Below are positions 7,589-17,087 of a stretch of 59,896 nt of DNA, piece after piece. The stretch is taken from NCBI GenBank assembly GCA_016650365.1, contig JAENVV010000042.1, positions 1 through 59,896 on the forward strand. Direction: 5' to 3'. The position numbers were made by a program, and so were the translations under genes. The notes under the pieces were generated by a model. It ran no database searches. It worked only from the letters and a program-made list of their open reading frames with translations, and had not been told where the DNA came from. The DNA is from Acidimicrobiia bacterium (GTDB taxonomy: Bacteria > Actinomycetota > Acidimicrobiia > Spongiisociales > JAENVV01). Each line of letters begins with the position of its first letter. Positions within the stretch are counted from its first letter, which is position 1.

Positions 7589-8391
7589 GAGCCGACCGCC
7601 GTATATCTGCGAACGGCCCTTTTCCAAACCAGACCAATGCTGGTCGCGAGCACGACGATCCATCCTGCTTGAAATATCCAACCGATGAACACATCCGACG
7701 GCGCCAGCCGACCGATGATCACTTCGATCGGAAACTGGAACGTCCACTTGAAGGGTAAGAAATCAGAGATCGACTGGACCCATTCGGGCATCACCGACAT
7801 CGGCACCAGCCTGCCAGACAGGAGGATCTCGCTCATAATGACGACCTCGAACAGAGCCGCCACCCGGGTGGTCCAGAAGCCGATCAGTCCGAGGAGGAAC
7901 TGATAGCTGGCCCGAACGAAGTAGGCACCCCATAATGCAAAAAACCCGAACACGAACGTCCGCCAGGTGAAGACGATGTTCGGATGAAACACGAGAAACA
8001 AGGTGGCTCCGATTGGTAGCCACATGGTGAACCACAGGAACTTCATTCCCACGAAATTCATGGTGGATCGCCAATACACGCTGGTCGGATGCATAAGCAT
8101 GTGTGAGACCCGCCCGAACTGAATCCACCATTCCCACACATACGGGGTCAGCGCCAGGTTCATAGCTCGCACCAGCGTCCACACGACGTAATACGCGACG
8201 ATCTCGTCCGAGGAGTAGTTGCCGATCGACCCCGATTGAAGCGAGACCGTACGCCATACGATGAGCAACACGATCGGCTCGATCAGGAACCCCAACAGCT
8301 GGAGAAATCCCACGACGCGAAACTGCATCTCCTGAAGCAGACCAACTTTGGCTTCCGCCCAGCCAACCGAAATGAGACCGCGCAGGTTCAT
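7585..8391 (-). CDS. ABC-2 family transporter permease (DUF990-like)
   Basis: Multi-TM protein 'MNLRGLISVGWAEAKVGLLQEMQFRVVGFL...'. ATGA overlap with the ATPase gene. Confidence 0.8.
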   Translation of the reverse strand: MNLRGLISVGWAEAKVGLLQEMQFRVVGFLQLLGFLIEPIVLLIVWRTVSLQSGSIGNYSSDEIVAYYVVWTLVRAMNLALTPYVWEWWIQFGRVSHMLMHPTSVYWRSTMNFVGMKFLWFTMWLPIGATLFLVFHPNIVFTWRTFVFGFFALWGAYFVRASYQFLLGLIGFWTTRVAALFEVVIMSEILLSGRLVPMSVMPEWVQSISDFLPFKWTFQFPIEVIIGRLAPSDVFIGWIFQAGWIVVLATSIGLVWKRAVRRYTAVGS

Positions 8392-9359
8392 GATTCGTCT
8401 GCGTTGAACGCCATGTCGATGATGTCCTCGAGCGGTACATTCTCGATGCTCAGGTCATACACTCCCCGCGCCAAGAGCAACGACGCCACCTCGGCCACGT
8501 TGTCGTTGGGTACCTTCAACATGGTCCGTTCCGGCGTCGCTTCGACAGAGTCGCATAGCCGGGCCATCTCGTCGGACACCTCGTTGCCACCAAACGAGAT
8601 CAGTCGATGAGACACGAACTTGCTTCGGAGGCCGCCAATATCGCCGTCGTACAGCATCGTGCCTTCGTGGATGACGATGATGCGATCACACAGGGCTTCG
8701 ACATCAGCCATGTAGTGGCTCGTCAGGATGATCGAGGCACCGGATTCCTTCTGGTAGTTGGCGATGAACCCGCGCAATCGTTTCTGCATCGTTACATCAA
8801 GACCGAGGGTTGGCTCGTCGAGGAACAACACTTCGGGCGCATGGAGGAGCGATGCAATCACTTCCACCTTCATCCGCTCCCCCAGCGATAGATTGCGGAT
8901 CGGCTTTGTGATGAGGTCACCAACGTCAAGCAGTTCGACGAACTCGTCGCGACGGCGCACAAAGTCGGCTTTGGGGACTTGATAGATGGCTCGTTGCAGC
9001 TCGAAACTGTCAGACACCGGCAAGTCCCATTGCAGGGAGTTACGGTTGCCCATCACGAGGGCAATCCGACGGCGATAGGCCTCCTCCCGCAGTCGGGGAT
9101 CGAAGCCGAGGACCCGGGCCTGGCCTGACGTCGGGTACAACAACCCGGACAACATTTTTAAGGTCGTGGACTTGCCGGCTCCATTGGGACCGAGGAACCC
9201 GATCAACTGGCCGTCCGGTACCTCAAAGGACACCTGATCGACGGCCAACACTTCGCGGAACTCCCGCTTGAAGAGGCTGCGGACCGAGTTACGGAGCCCT
9301 GACTCGCGCACCGGTACCTTGTAGGTTTTGGAGAGATCGGTCACTTCGATGGCAGCCAT
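8388..9359 (-). CDS. ABC transporter ATP-binding protein
   Basis: Walker A 'GPNGAGKST', signature 'LSLGERMKV', Walker B 'LFLDEPTLGLD'. Confidence 0.9.
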   Translation of the reverse strand: MAAIEVTDLSKTYKVPVRESGLRNSVRSLFKREFREVLAVDQVSFEVPDGQLIGFLGPNGAGKSTTLKMLSGLLYPTSGQARVLGFDPRLREEAYRRRIALVMGNRNSLQWDLPVSDSFELQRAIYQVPKADFVRRRDEFVELLDVGDLITKPIRNLSLGERMKVEVIASLLHAPEVLFLDEPTLGLDVTMQKRLRGFIANYQKESGASIILTSHYMADVEALCDRIIVIHEGTMLYDGDIGGLRSKFVSHRLISFGGNEVSDEMARLCDSVEATPERTMLKVPNDNVAEVASLLLARGVYDLSIENVPLEDIIDMAFNADES

Positions 9360-9440
9360 GACGACTGAGTCTGGCAGACAGACCTTGCGGGCGACACCGC
9401 ATTTACTTCAGAGCGGCCGGCAGTTGCCTAGTTTGGCCGC

Positions 9441-10001
9441 CTAGGCGGGTCTGGTGACCGCGCGCCAACATGCGGCCGCCAGCAAGTCCAAATCAGCCGG
9501 CGTCAGCAATTCGCCTGAGCTGACGAGCCTGACGATCGGGCCGATCGACAAGTCGTATACGACGCTCATCGGCAGATCAACGAACAACTCGAGCATATCG
9601 GAACCGACCACCTGAACCAGTTCACTGACTTCGTCGATATCCACCGCGTCATGCGCAGCCGCAGCAAGCGGCGAAGCTGCCACCTGCGCCAGGAACCGGG
9701 CTCGCACCGGGTCGGACGCAAGGTGTCGGTAGAACGACAACCACAGCTCCCGGAAACGGGCGGCCGGGTCGACGGCCAACTCCACGGCCGACCCGGCCAA
9801 GCCCATGTCATGCTTCAGTTCCTTGTAGGCGGCCAGGACAAGGTCATCCTTGGAGCCGTAATGCACGTAGGCCGTACCGGTCGCCACTCCGGCACGCTCT
9901 GCCACAGCCGCCATCGACGTTCCCCGGAACCCTCGTTCAGCGACCAACTCGACCAACGCCCGGCGGACCAGTGCGGCCCGGTCGATCCGGGTAGCCGTCA
10001 C
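9441..10001 (-). CDS. TetR family transcriptional regulator
   Basis: N-terminal HTH 'GFRGTSMAAVAERAGVATGTAYVHYGSKDDLV'. GTG start overlaps the SDR stop (GTGA). Confidence 0.85.
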   Translation of the reverse strand: MTATRIDRAALVRRALVELVAERGFRGTSMAAVAERAGVATGTAYVHYGSKDDLVLAAYKELKHDMGLAGSAVELAVDPAARFRELWLSFYRHLASDPVRARFLAQVAASPLAAAAHDAVDIDEVSELVQVVGSDMLELFVDLPMSVVYDLSIGPIVRLVSSGELLTPADLDLLAAACWRAVTRPA

Positions 10002-10945
10002 GCAGCCGCCTCGGCCACCATCTTTGCCACGTCGAACTCAATGCCGGTGTCCGCTTTGGAAACTTCCCACAACTTGGCGAGATCGGCCGGTTTCCGGAGC
10101 TTCTCGCCGACTCTTCCGACGACCGGCACCCCCCTCATTAAGTACTTGGGCCGATACAGCGTGCCACCGGGAGCTGTTGGATCAGTCCCGCCACGGAGCT
10201 GTGGAAGGGACCCTCTTGCCGCTGATTGAGCCAACAGCGGAGTCGTCTTCTCAAAAAAGCGGCTTCGCCCTGCCCCACCGGTATTCGTCGAGCTCGTGGA
10301 TTGAAGGTCGGTGTCCGAGAACCCGGGATCGGCTGCATAGACCTTCAGGTTTGCGCCAGCAGCGGCGAGTCGCTTGTTCAATTCGAGCGTGAACTGCAGG
10401 TTGGCGAGCTTCGAGTATCCGTAGGCGCGCCATGAGTCGTAGACCCCCTCATGGTGAGGGTTGGAAAGATCATATTCACCTGCTCCAAAGCGGGCGGTTG
10501 AGGTCGTATTGACGATGCGGCCCTCAGGGGCTGCCAAAAGGGCGGGAAGCAGACGGGCCGTTAACGCGAAGTGGCCAAGGTGGTTTGTTCCGAACTGCAT
10601 CTCGAAGCCGTCTTCGGTCTTCCACTCGGGAGTGGCCATGACACCGGCGTTGTTGAAGAGCAAATCGATGACCGGATACGCGGCAATGACGCCCGTGGCG
10701 AATTCCTCAATCGAAGCGAGCGAAGAGAGATCAAGTTTGCGAACCTCAAGCGAAGCGTTGGGAATCCCAGCCTTCACATCGGCTTCGGCTGACGCAGCCT
10801 TATCCAGGTTCCGAGCTGCGATCACTACATGTGCGCCCTTTCGGGCCAGTTCACGGACGGTCTCAAGTCCCAGTCCACCGTTGCCACCCGTTACGACCGC
10901 TACCTTGCCGGTCTGATCAGGGATGTTGGTTGCGGTCCAGGACAT
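9998..10945 (-). CDS. Short-chain dehydrogenase/reductase
   Basis: 'GKVAVVTGGNGGLGLETVRELARKGAHVVIAARN' Rossmann motif and 'YGYSKLAN' catalytic YxxxK. Confidence 0.9.
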   Translation of the reverse strand: MSWTATNIPDQTGKVAVVTGGNGGLGLETVRELARKGAHVVIAARNLDKAASAEADVKAGIPNASLEVRKLDLSSLASIEEFATGVIAAYPVIDLLFNNAGVMATPEWKTEDGFEMQFGTNHLGHFALTARLLPALLAAPEGRIVNTTSTARFGAGEYDLSNPHHEGVYDSWRAYGYSKLANLQFTLELNKRLAAAGANLKVYAADPGFSDTDLQSTSSTNTGGAGRSRFFEKTTPLLAQSAARGSLPQLRGGTDPTAPGGTLYRPKYLMRGVPVVGRVGEKLRKPADLAKLWEVSKADTGIEFDVAKMVAEAAA

Positions 10946-10960
10946 GAATACACCTCGTAG

Positions 10961-10998
10961 ATAATGAAGGTTCGTTCATTATGAATGAACATTCATTC
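10961..10998. promoter_or_regulatory. Two adjacent AATGAA/TTCATT palindromes, probable TetR operator in a divergent promoter region
   Basis: ATAATGAA (10961-10968)/TTCATTAT (10975-10982) and GAATGAA (10983-10989)/TTCATTC (10992-10998). AT-rich island between the SDR-TetR operon and the ABC operon. Confidence 0.5.
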
Positions 10999-11053
10999 GT
11001 AATCAACTTCTGCCGGACGTTGGGATCCAACGTCCAAGGGGTAGGGTGTCGAG

Positions 11054-11935
11054 GTGCTTGAACTCAGGGATCTCACCAAACGCTACAACACGGTCCAGGC
11101 GCTCGCCGGTTGCACATTCACAGTCCAGCCCGGGAGGATGCTCGGCTTTGTTGGCCCGAACGGAGCCGGCAAAACGACAACGATGAGATGCGTGTTCGGC
11201 CTCGTCAAACCCGACTCGGGCTCGGTGTCGTGGAAGTCACAACCCATCGGAATGGCCGACCTGCTCACGTTCGGATATATGCCCGAACAACGCGGACTCT
11301 ATCCCAAGATGCGCATTGCCGACCAGGTCTCCTACTTCGGTGAACTCCATGGGCAAAGTCGATCTGAAGCGCGGGCCGCCACCATCAGTTGGCTGGAACG
11401 GCTTGGACTCGGCGAACGACTATCTGACCGTCTCGAACAGTTGTCCCACGGTAACCAGCAGCGGGTGCAACTGGCGACTGCCCTCGTCCACAACCCCAGT
11501 CTCCTGGTACTCGACGAGCCATTTGCGGGCCTTGACCCTCTCGCCGCCGACGTCATGTCCGACGTCCTGCGAGAACGGGCCGCCGCCGGCGTTGCGGTCG
11601 TGTTCTCAAGCCATCAGCTCGACCTGGTCGAGGACTTGTGCGAAGACGTCGCGGTCATCAATGCCGGCAAGATCGTGCTGACCGGCGAACTCTCCGAGCT
11701 CAAGCGGGCCTCCGGGGTTCGGCGACTCGAGGTCTTTGCTCCAGGAGCCGACGATGCCTGGACTGATTCGCTCCCAGGCGTAATCTCAGTCGAGCGCAAC
11801 CACCAGGGGGTGGTTGTCCTCGTCGAAGCTGGGATCGACCCCGCCACAGTATTCGCCGCCATCGACGCCCCCGTCGAAAGCTTCAGCTTTTCGCCGCCGT
11901 CGCTTACCGACCTATACCGGGAGGCCGTGCAATGA
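11054..11935 (+). CDS. ABC transporter ATP-binding protein
   Basis: 'GPNGAGKTT', 'LSHGNQQRVQL', 'LVLDEPFAGLD'. Confidence 0.9.
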   Translation: MLELRDLTKRYNTVQALAGCTFTVQPGRMLGFVGPNGAGKTTTMRCVFGLVKPDSGSVSWKSQPIGMADLLTFGYMPEQRGLYPKMRIADQVSYFGELHGQSRSEARAATISWLERLGLGERLSDRLEQLSHGNQQRVQLATALVHNPSLLVLDEPFAGLDPLAADVMSDVLRERAAAGVAVVFSSHQLDLVEDLCEDVAVINAGKIVLTGELSELKRASGVRRLEVFAPGADDAWTDSLPGVISVERNHQGVVVLVEAGIDPATVFAAIDAPVESFSFSPPSLTDLYREAVQ

Positions 11936-13128
11936 GCTCCTGGAAATCCATATCGCTCGTGTGGCGGCGCGAGGTGACCGAGCGGGCGCGATCCAAGGTC
12001 TTCATGGTCGGGACCGCCGCCACGCTCTTGATCGTCACCGCCATCTTTGTGATCCCGCCACTCATCAATCCCGGACCTGACAAAGTTGCCATCGGCCACG
12101 TCGGCGACGGCTCGGAACCCATCATCGCCACCGTTCAACTCCTGGCGGCGACCGACGACTCCGTCGAGTTGGCCATCACCGCTTTCGACGACCTGGCAGC
12201 TGCCGAGGCAGCCATCGAAGACGCAACAATCGAAGCCTTGCTGGTAGACGGCGAGGAACTGGTGACCCTCGGCCAGGGCAGCTTCTCATCAAACGACGGT
12301 TCGCGCCTGCTCCAGGAGGCGGCCGCCGCCAATGCGGTCGAACAACTCGTGGTCGACACCGGCATGACACCAAAACAGGTTGTCGACCTGCTGACCGGCA
12401 CCACCCTCGAGGCTCGCACCCTATCGGGAGTCGATGTTGAAGACCCCACCCGCGAGATCGTCGCGTATGCGGGTCTCATGCTCATGTACATGGCCATTCT
12501 CATGTATGGCACGTGGACGCTGGCCGGGGTCACGGAGGAAAAGACCAACCGGGTCGTCGAGATCCTCGTCTCGACCATGGAGCCCTGGCAACTCCTCACC
12601 GGAAAGGTCACCGGAATCGGGACACTGGCGATTTTCCAGTTCGGGCTGACCATCATTTACGGGCTCGTTCTGTCGCGGGTCACCGGGAGTGTCGACCTTG
12701 GCGAGATCCCTCTCGACTCAGCCGGGATGGTGGTCCTGTGGTTCGTGCTCGGATTCGCTATCTACTCGGTGATGTTCGCCGGCGTCGGGGCTCTGGTCAG
12801 TCGCGCCGAAGATGCCTCTTCGGCCTCAACGCCAGTGACGATCGCCGCGGTCGGCTCGTTCATGATCTCCATCGTCACGCTGAACGACCCGTCCGGCCTC
12901 ACCGCCAAAATCGCTACCTTCATACCGTTCACCGCCCCATACGTGGTTCCGGTTCGCTATGCCCTCGACGCCATCGCCTGGTGGGAAATGGTTGTGGCTG
13001 CCCTACTCACGATCGTCACTGCGTACTTGATGATCCGGGTGGCAGGGCGGATCTACCGGGGAGCGCTCCTCTCATACGGTGCCCGACTCAAACTTCGTCA
13101 AGCCTGGTCGGGCGCCAACCACCAATAG
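11932..13128 (+). CDS. ABC-2 type transporter permease
   Basis: N-terminal TM, large extracytoplasmic loop, then 5 TM segments. ATGA overlap with the ATPase gene. Confidence 0.8.
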   Translation: MSSWKSISLVWRREVTERARSKVFMVGTAATLLIVTAIFVIPPLINPGPDKVAIGHVGDGSEPIIATVQLLAATDDSVELAITAFDDLAAAEAAIEDATIEALLVDGEELVTLGQGSFSSNDGSRLLQEAAAANAVEQLVVDTGMTPKQVVDLLTGTTLEARTLSGVDVEDPTREIVAYAGLMLMYMAILMYGTWTLAGVTEEKTNRVVEILVSTMEPWQLLTGKVTGIGTLAIFQFGLTIIYGLVLSRVTGSVDLGEIPLDSAGMVVLWFVLGFAIYSVMFAGVGALVSRAEDASSASTPVTIAAVGSFMISIVTLNDPSGLTAKIATFIPFTAPYVVPVRYALDAIAWWEMVVAALLTIVTAYLMIRVAGRIYRGALLSYGARLKLRQAWSGANHQ

Positions 13129-13132
13129 ATTT

Positions 13133-13603
13133 TCAAACCGAAACCGGGGCTACCGGCCAGACGACCTTGGTTTCCCATTTGGCAGGATCGGGTTCCTCGG
13201 CCGGATCCGTGAGGTAGAACTCCCACATCTCGTCTGACGGAACCAGGCTGTGGTTGCTCATCCAGTCCATCATCTCGTGGTAGGTCTGCTCGAGCGTGTC
13301 ATATGGGCCAACATGCACGGCCTCGACCGCCTCGATTGCGGGTAGTTCGCCCGCCACCACATCGGCGTGGCCCTCGGCTGGTTTGGCAATCGGGACCCCG
13401 GCCTCCACATCAACCTTGTCCGTTGGCATACCGCGATAGCGCCCAAAAGGCAGCCCGGTCACTTTGATGTGCTCCCGACCGATCTCTTCAAAGAGTCGAC
13501 CATAGGATTCCCCGAAAAACGACTGCATCTGATCCATCGGAACTACCGAGCGAATACCGATCGTCGGCGTTTCTTCCTGTGGAACTAGTGCACACTGAAC
13601 CAT
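13133..13603 (-). CDS. GyrI-like small-molecule-binding domain protein
   Basis: About 155 aa with the duplicated beta-alpha-beta-beta pattern ('...VEAGVPI...', '...WEFYLTDP...'). GGAGG RBS upstream. Confidence 0.7.
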   Translation of the reverse strand: MVQCALVPQEETPTIGIRSVVPMDQMQSFFGESYGRLFEEIGREHIKVTGLPFGRYRGMPTDKVDVEAGVPIAKPAEGHADVVAGELPAIEAVEAVHVGPYDTLEQTYHEMMDWMSNHSLVPSDEMWEFYLTDPAEEPDPAKWETKVVWPVAPVSV

Positions 13604-13676
13604 GTCACCTCCATGTGACTATCTCCGCTCATTATCCAGTACGGGCAGTCACGGGGTTGAGGGTCCAAAGTCACCA

Positions 13677-13698
13677 GGGCCGGTTAAGTCACCGGCCC
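13677..13698 (-). terminator. Stem-loop downstream of the glycosyltransferase gene
   Basis: GGGCCGGT (13677-13684), loop TAAGTC, ACCGGCCC (13691-13698). About 55 nt after the stop on the minus strand. Weak T-tract. Confidence 0.35.
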
Positions 13699-13751
13699 AG
13701 AACCTGCGCATCGATAGCGGACTCACTCACTCGGAGCGATCAATCCGCTGA

Positions 13752-15191
13752 TCACCGGTGGGTGAGTACTTCAAAGGTCTCGTTGGACCACTCAACTAGG
13801 TAATCTCCATCGATCGCGAGGCGATCTTCTTCATCGACTTCATCGCTCCGGACGACCAGCACGTCGAACTCCGAGTCCGGGTTGAGCGGGTCGGCCTCGT
13901 CGATCTGGACGGCTCGGCGATCCGTGTAAAGGGTCATTGACCGTGCTTTGAAAAACCCTATCACTGCCACGTCGGCTGTCTCGGTCCGGACGGCGGCAAA
14001 CATCTCCACCGCGTCGGAGCGGTTCGGACCTTCTTTGATCACACCGTTGAACTGATTCGCCCGCTCCCCTTCATGAACGGCCTTCACCCCGTTGAGATAT
14101 ACGACCGGGGCAAAAACCAGGATGACGAGCAAGGTCGCCAATCGCGAGGGTGAACCGTGATCGCGGGTGGGGATCATCAAAGCCCCCAAGATGAGCAAGG
14201 GAACCGCCGTGGAAAAATACCGTCCAGAGGGGACAAAGAAGCTGCCCCCGATCACCATGACGGCCAGCAGATATCCCGCGATCGGAGCGTGCTTCCTCCA
14301 GTCCGAACGTAGGGCCATGGCCCATCCGACGAACCCGAGTGAGACGACGAGCCATCCGATTACGGAGTTGTCGAACCCCACGATCTCGCCGATCCGCTGA
14401 GCGATCACATTGGCGTATCGAAAGAGATTCCAAACGGTGTTCGCGGGATAATTCGGAACCAGAGTGCTTGGAAGGACAAGTTGGAGCAGCAGGACAGCCG
14501 ATCCGAACGCCGCATAGGGTGTCAGGGCGACCCAGCGACGGTCCCGATCGGCGAAAGCCCGATCAGCGATCAGCGCTAGGCCGATCACCCCCACCAACGC
14601 CAGCCCTTCTCGCCTGGTTGAGAACGCGGCCGCTGCTAATACTCCGGCGAGCGCTCCTCTCGTCCACGAGGTCGACCATCTACCCCGGTTCCGGTCGATG
14701 ACTATCAGCGTCGCGAACACGAAGACCATGAATGGGAGTTCGGTGTGCAGCAGCTCGGTCCAGTCGATGTATATGGGACTCGTGCCAATAGCCAACAGCC
14801 CGAACAGCGCCGTCAACCGGCTGACACGCTCAAGAGCGAACCAGTACCAGGTCGCCATCGCAAGGACATAGAGCGCCAGACTCACGAAGAACAGTTGATC
14901 AATGTTCAAACCGACGATTCGTATGGGTATCGCCAGGATCAGCGGCCAACCCCACGGGCCGATCGGCGGCGAGAAATCCGACTTATACGAATGATCAAGC
15001 ATGTACTGGTTGTCGGCGATCACATCGCGGACCGACAGATCGCCCAGAAGGCTGGCTCCCTGGCGCAGATAAAGGGCGAAGTCGTCCCCCCAATAGTGGC
15101 CTGGACGATGAGTCCGCCAAGCCAGCCAGGCAAGGCCGAGCAACACCACGCCTGCACCGGCGCGTCGCGACCAAATCTTCAGCGCATTCAC
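13752..15191 (-). CDS. Integral-membrane glycosyltransferase (GT39/ArnT/PMT-like)
   Basis: About 10 TM segments followed by a soluble C-terminal domain. N-terminal 'WGDDFALYLRQ' loop resembles the acidic catalytic loop of GT-C enzymes. Confidence 0.65.
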   Translation of the reverse strand: MNALKIWSRRAGAGVVLLGLAWLAWRTHRPGHYWGDDFALYLRQGASLLGDLSVRDVIADNQYMLDHSYKSDFSPPIGPWGWPLILAIPIRIVGLNIDQLFFVSLALYVLAMATWYWFALERVSRLTALFGLLAIGTSPIYIDWTELLHTELPFMVFVFATLIVIDRNRGRWSTSWTRGALAGVLAAAAFSTRREGLALVGVIGLALIADRAFADRDRRWVALTPYAAFGSAVLLLQLVLPSTLVPNYPANTVWNLFRYANVIAQRIGEIVGFDNSVIGWLVVSLGFVGWAMALRSDWRKHAPIAGYLLAVMVIGGSFFVPSGRYFSTAVPLLILGALMIPTRDHGSPSRLATLLVILVFAPVVYLNGVKAVHEGERANQFNGVIKEGPNRSDAVEMFAAVRTETADVAVIGFFKARSMTLYTDRRAVQIDEADPLNPDSEFDVLVVRSDEVDEEDRLAIDGDYLVEWSNETFEVLTHR

Positions 15192-15321
15192 CCGAGTACT
15201 TTATGGCGTACTTGCAGAAGTCGCTGCCATTCGGGCGGGTCGGTAGGCGCCGGCCAGTCGGATCCAGCGCTGCGGGCTCCCGCACGACCCAACACATTCT
15301 GGAACGCTGCCGGCCACCCGC

Positions 15322-15719
15322 TTGTTTGGCATCGGGCGGGAAGGCACGGAGTATGCGGAACTGTTCCGCAAATTCATCCAACAGACAGTTCCCCGAGACT
15401 TGCCCGACGACATACACCTTCTCTTGACGAAACTGAACGAATCCAAGCATGCGGACGCCGAAACGCGAACCCGCGAGCTGGAAGCGATCGGATTCCGCCT
15501 GCTCATGGGGGGCTCGTTACCCTGAATAACCCCGACGAATCGGCATACATCTCCTACATCGCGGTTGTGCCAGACCATCGCGGTAACGGTTACGCGAACG
15601 ACCTGGTCCGTCATGGAACGAAACTCGCCCTCGAGGCCGGATGGGGCCTGCCGATCCGAGCTCAGACAGACCTCATCAACGTGCCAATGCGCACTGCGTT
15701 CACCAGCCATGGCTACTAG
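15322..15719 (+). pseudogene. GNAT-family acetyltransferase, frameshifted in a G6 run
   Basis: Frame 1 gives '...ELEAIGFRLLMGG' and frame 3 gives 'GGLVTLNNPDESAYISYIAVVPDHRGNGYANDLVRHGTKLALEAGWGLPIRAQTDLINVPMRTAFTSHGY' (GNAT motif A/B). The two frames join if one G is added to GGGGGG at 15507-15512. Confidence 0.5.
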
Positions 15720-15815
15720 GAAGAGCCACGATCGCGCACTTGGGGTCATCTCCTGAATTTCTAACCCGATTAGATACATCGACGCGATTCGCGCTGGTAA
15801 TCCGGACCCACACAT

Positions 15816-15831
15816 GCGAACATATGTTCGA
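15816..15831. promoter_or_regulatory. LexA (SOS) box GCGAACATATGTTCGA
   Basis: 15 of 16 nt identical to the box at 5149-5164. Its last base is the A of the dinB ATG. Confidence 0.7.
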
Positions 15832-17045
15832 TGTCGCGTATAGGTGGCGCCACCCGAACCGAAGCCACGATCCTCCACGCAGACCTTGACGCGTTCTACG
15901 CCTCGGTAGAACAGCGCGACAATCCGTCACTTCGCGGCAAACCGGTTCTCGTAGGGGGCGGAGTGATTCTGGCGGCGAGCTACGAAGCCAAGAAGTTCGG
16001 CGTCAAGACCGCGATGACCGAGAGGAAGGCCAAGGAACTCTGTCCCCAGGCCATCGTCGTACGTCCTCGCTTCGATGCGTACACCGAAGCGAGTCGGGCC
16101 GTTTTTGACGTGTTCGACGACACGTCGCCGACCGTCGAGGGCCTGTCCATCGATGAGGCATTCATCGACGTCGGCGGTCTCGCCAAGATCGCCGGCAGCC
16201 CGGAGCGAATCGCTGCCTGGCTCAGAGCCGAAGTCAAAGACCGAGTCGGCCTCAACATCACGGTGGGAGTAGCTCGCACCAAGTTCCTCGCCAAAGTGGC
16301 GAGTGCCGTTGCCAAGCCAGACGGTTTGCTCGTGGTGCCTCCCGACATGGAGACCGAGTTTCTCTACCCGTTGCCGGTCCGAGCTCTGTGGGGGGTCGGC
16401 AAAGTGACATCCGAGAAACTCAACAACTGCGGGTTTATAACCGTCGGCGATGTCGCATTGGTCAGCCGGGACAACCTCACATCAATCCTGGGCAAGGCCG
16501 CCGGGCATCACCTGTACGCGCTGGCTCATCACCAGGACCCTCGTCCGGTGGAGACAGGCAAGCGCCGCGGATCGGTCGGCTCCCAGCAGGCGCTGGGACG
16601 GTCTCGCAAAACCCCACAAGAGATCGAGTCACTGTTGCTCGGGATTGTTGACCGGGTTATGCGTCGGCTTCGCTCAGGCCATCGGGTAGCCAGAACAGTC
16701 GTACTGCGTCTCCGCTACGACGATTTCACCAGGGCAACCCGGTCTCGCAGCCTGCGATGGGCTACCGGTGCCACCGAACCCATCGCCGCCATCGCCCTCG
16801 AACTCCTCCACGAGGCCGAACCGACCATCCGATCAAAAGGGCTGACGCTGATCGGCCTCTCGGTCGCCAACCTATCGGACGACAAAGTCGTTCAGCTGAC
16901 GTTGCCACTAGCCGAGATCTGCCAAACCGGCCAACTCGACCACGCATTGGACGATCTACGAGAGCGATACGGCACAAAAGCGATCACCCGTGCCTCGCTT
17001 CTCGGGCGCCACACCGGTTTTGAAGTGCCGAAACTTCCCGACTGA
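15831..17045 (+). CDS. dinB: DNA polymerase IV (Y-family)
   Basis: 'ILHADLDAFYASVEQRDNPSLRGKPVLVGG', 'SIDEAFIDV' and 'VGVARTKFLAKVAS' motifs. Confidence 0.9.
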   Translation: MSRIGGATRTEATILHADLDAFYASVEQRDNPSLRGKPVLVGGGVILAASYEAKKFGVKTAMTERKAKELCPQAIVVRPRFDAYTEASRAVFDVFDDTSPTVEGLSIDEAFIDVGGLAKIAGSPERIAAWLRAEVKDRVGLNITVGVARTKFLAKVASAVAKPDGLLVVPPDMETEFLYPLPVRALWGVGKVTSEKLNNCGFITVGDVALVSRDNLTSILGKAAGHHLYALAHHQDPRPVETGKRRGSVGSQQALGRSRKTPQEIESLLLGIVDRVMRRLRSGHRVARTVVLRLRYDDFTRATRSRSLRWATGATEPIAAIALELLHEAEPTIRSKGLTLIGLSVANLSDDKVVQLTLPLAEICQTGQLDHALDDLRERYGTKAITRASLLGRHTGFEVPKLPD

Positions 17046-17087
17046 CTGCGATTCTCGATACGCCCCGCCCTGGCTAGCCTGGCTGCC

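Noticed and set aside
14745-15321. 5' two-thirds of the 324-aa plus-strand ORF 14745-15719
   Set aside because: This part is antisense to the membrane glycosyltransferase gene and reads as low-complexity Arg/Pro/Gln sequence. Only the last ~70 codons are GNAT-like, and they are treated as part of a frameshifted GNAT gene.
15201-15878. 225-aa minus-strand ORF across the GNAT remnant and the dinB promoter
   Set aside because: It has no motif and is antisense to GNAT-like coding sequence. It would also run through the LexA box and the dinB start.
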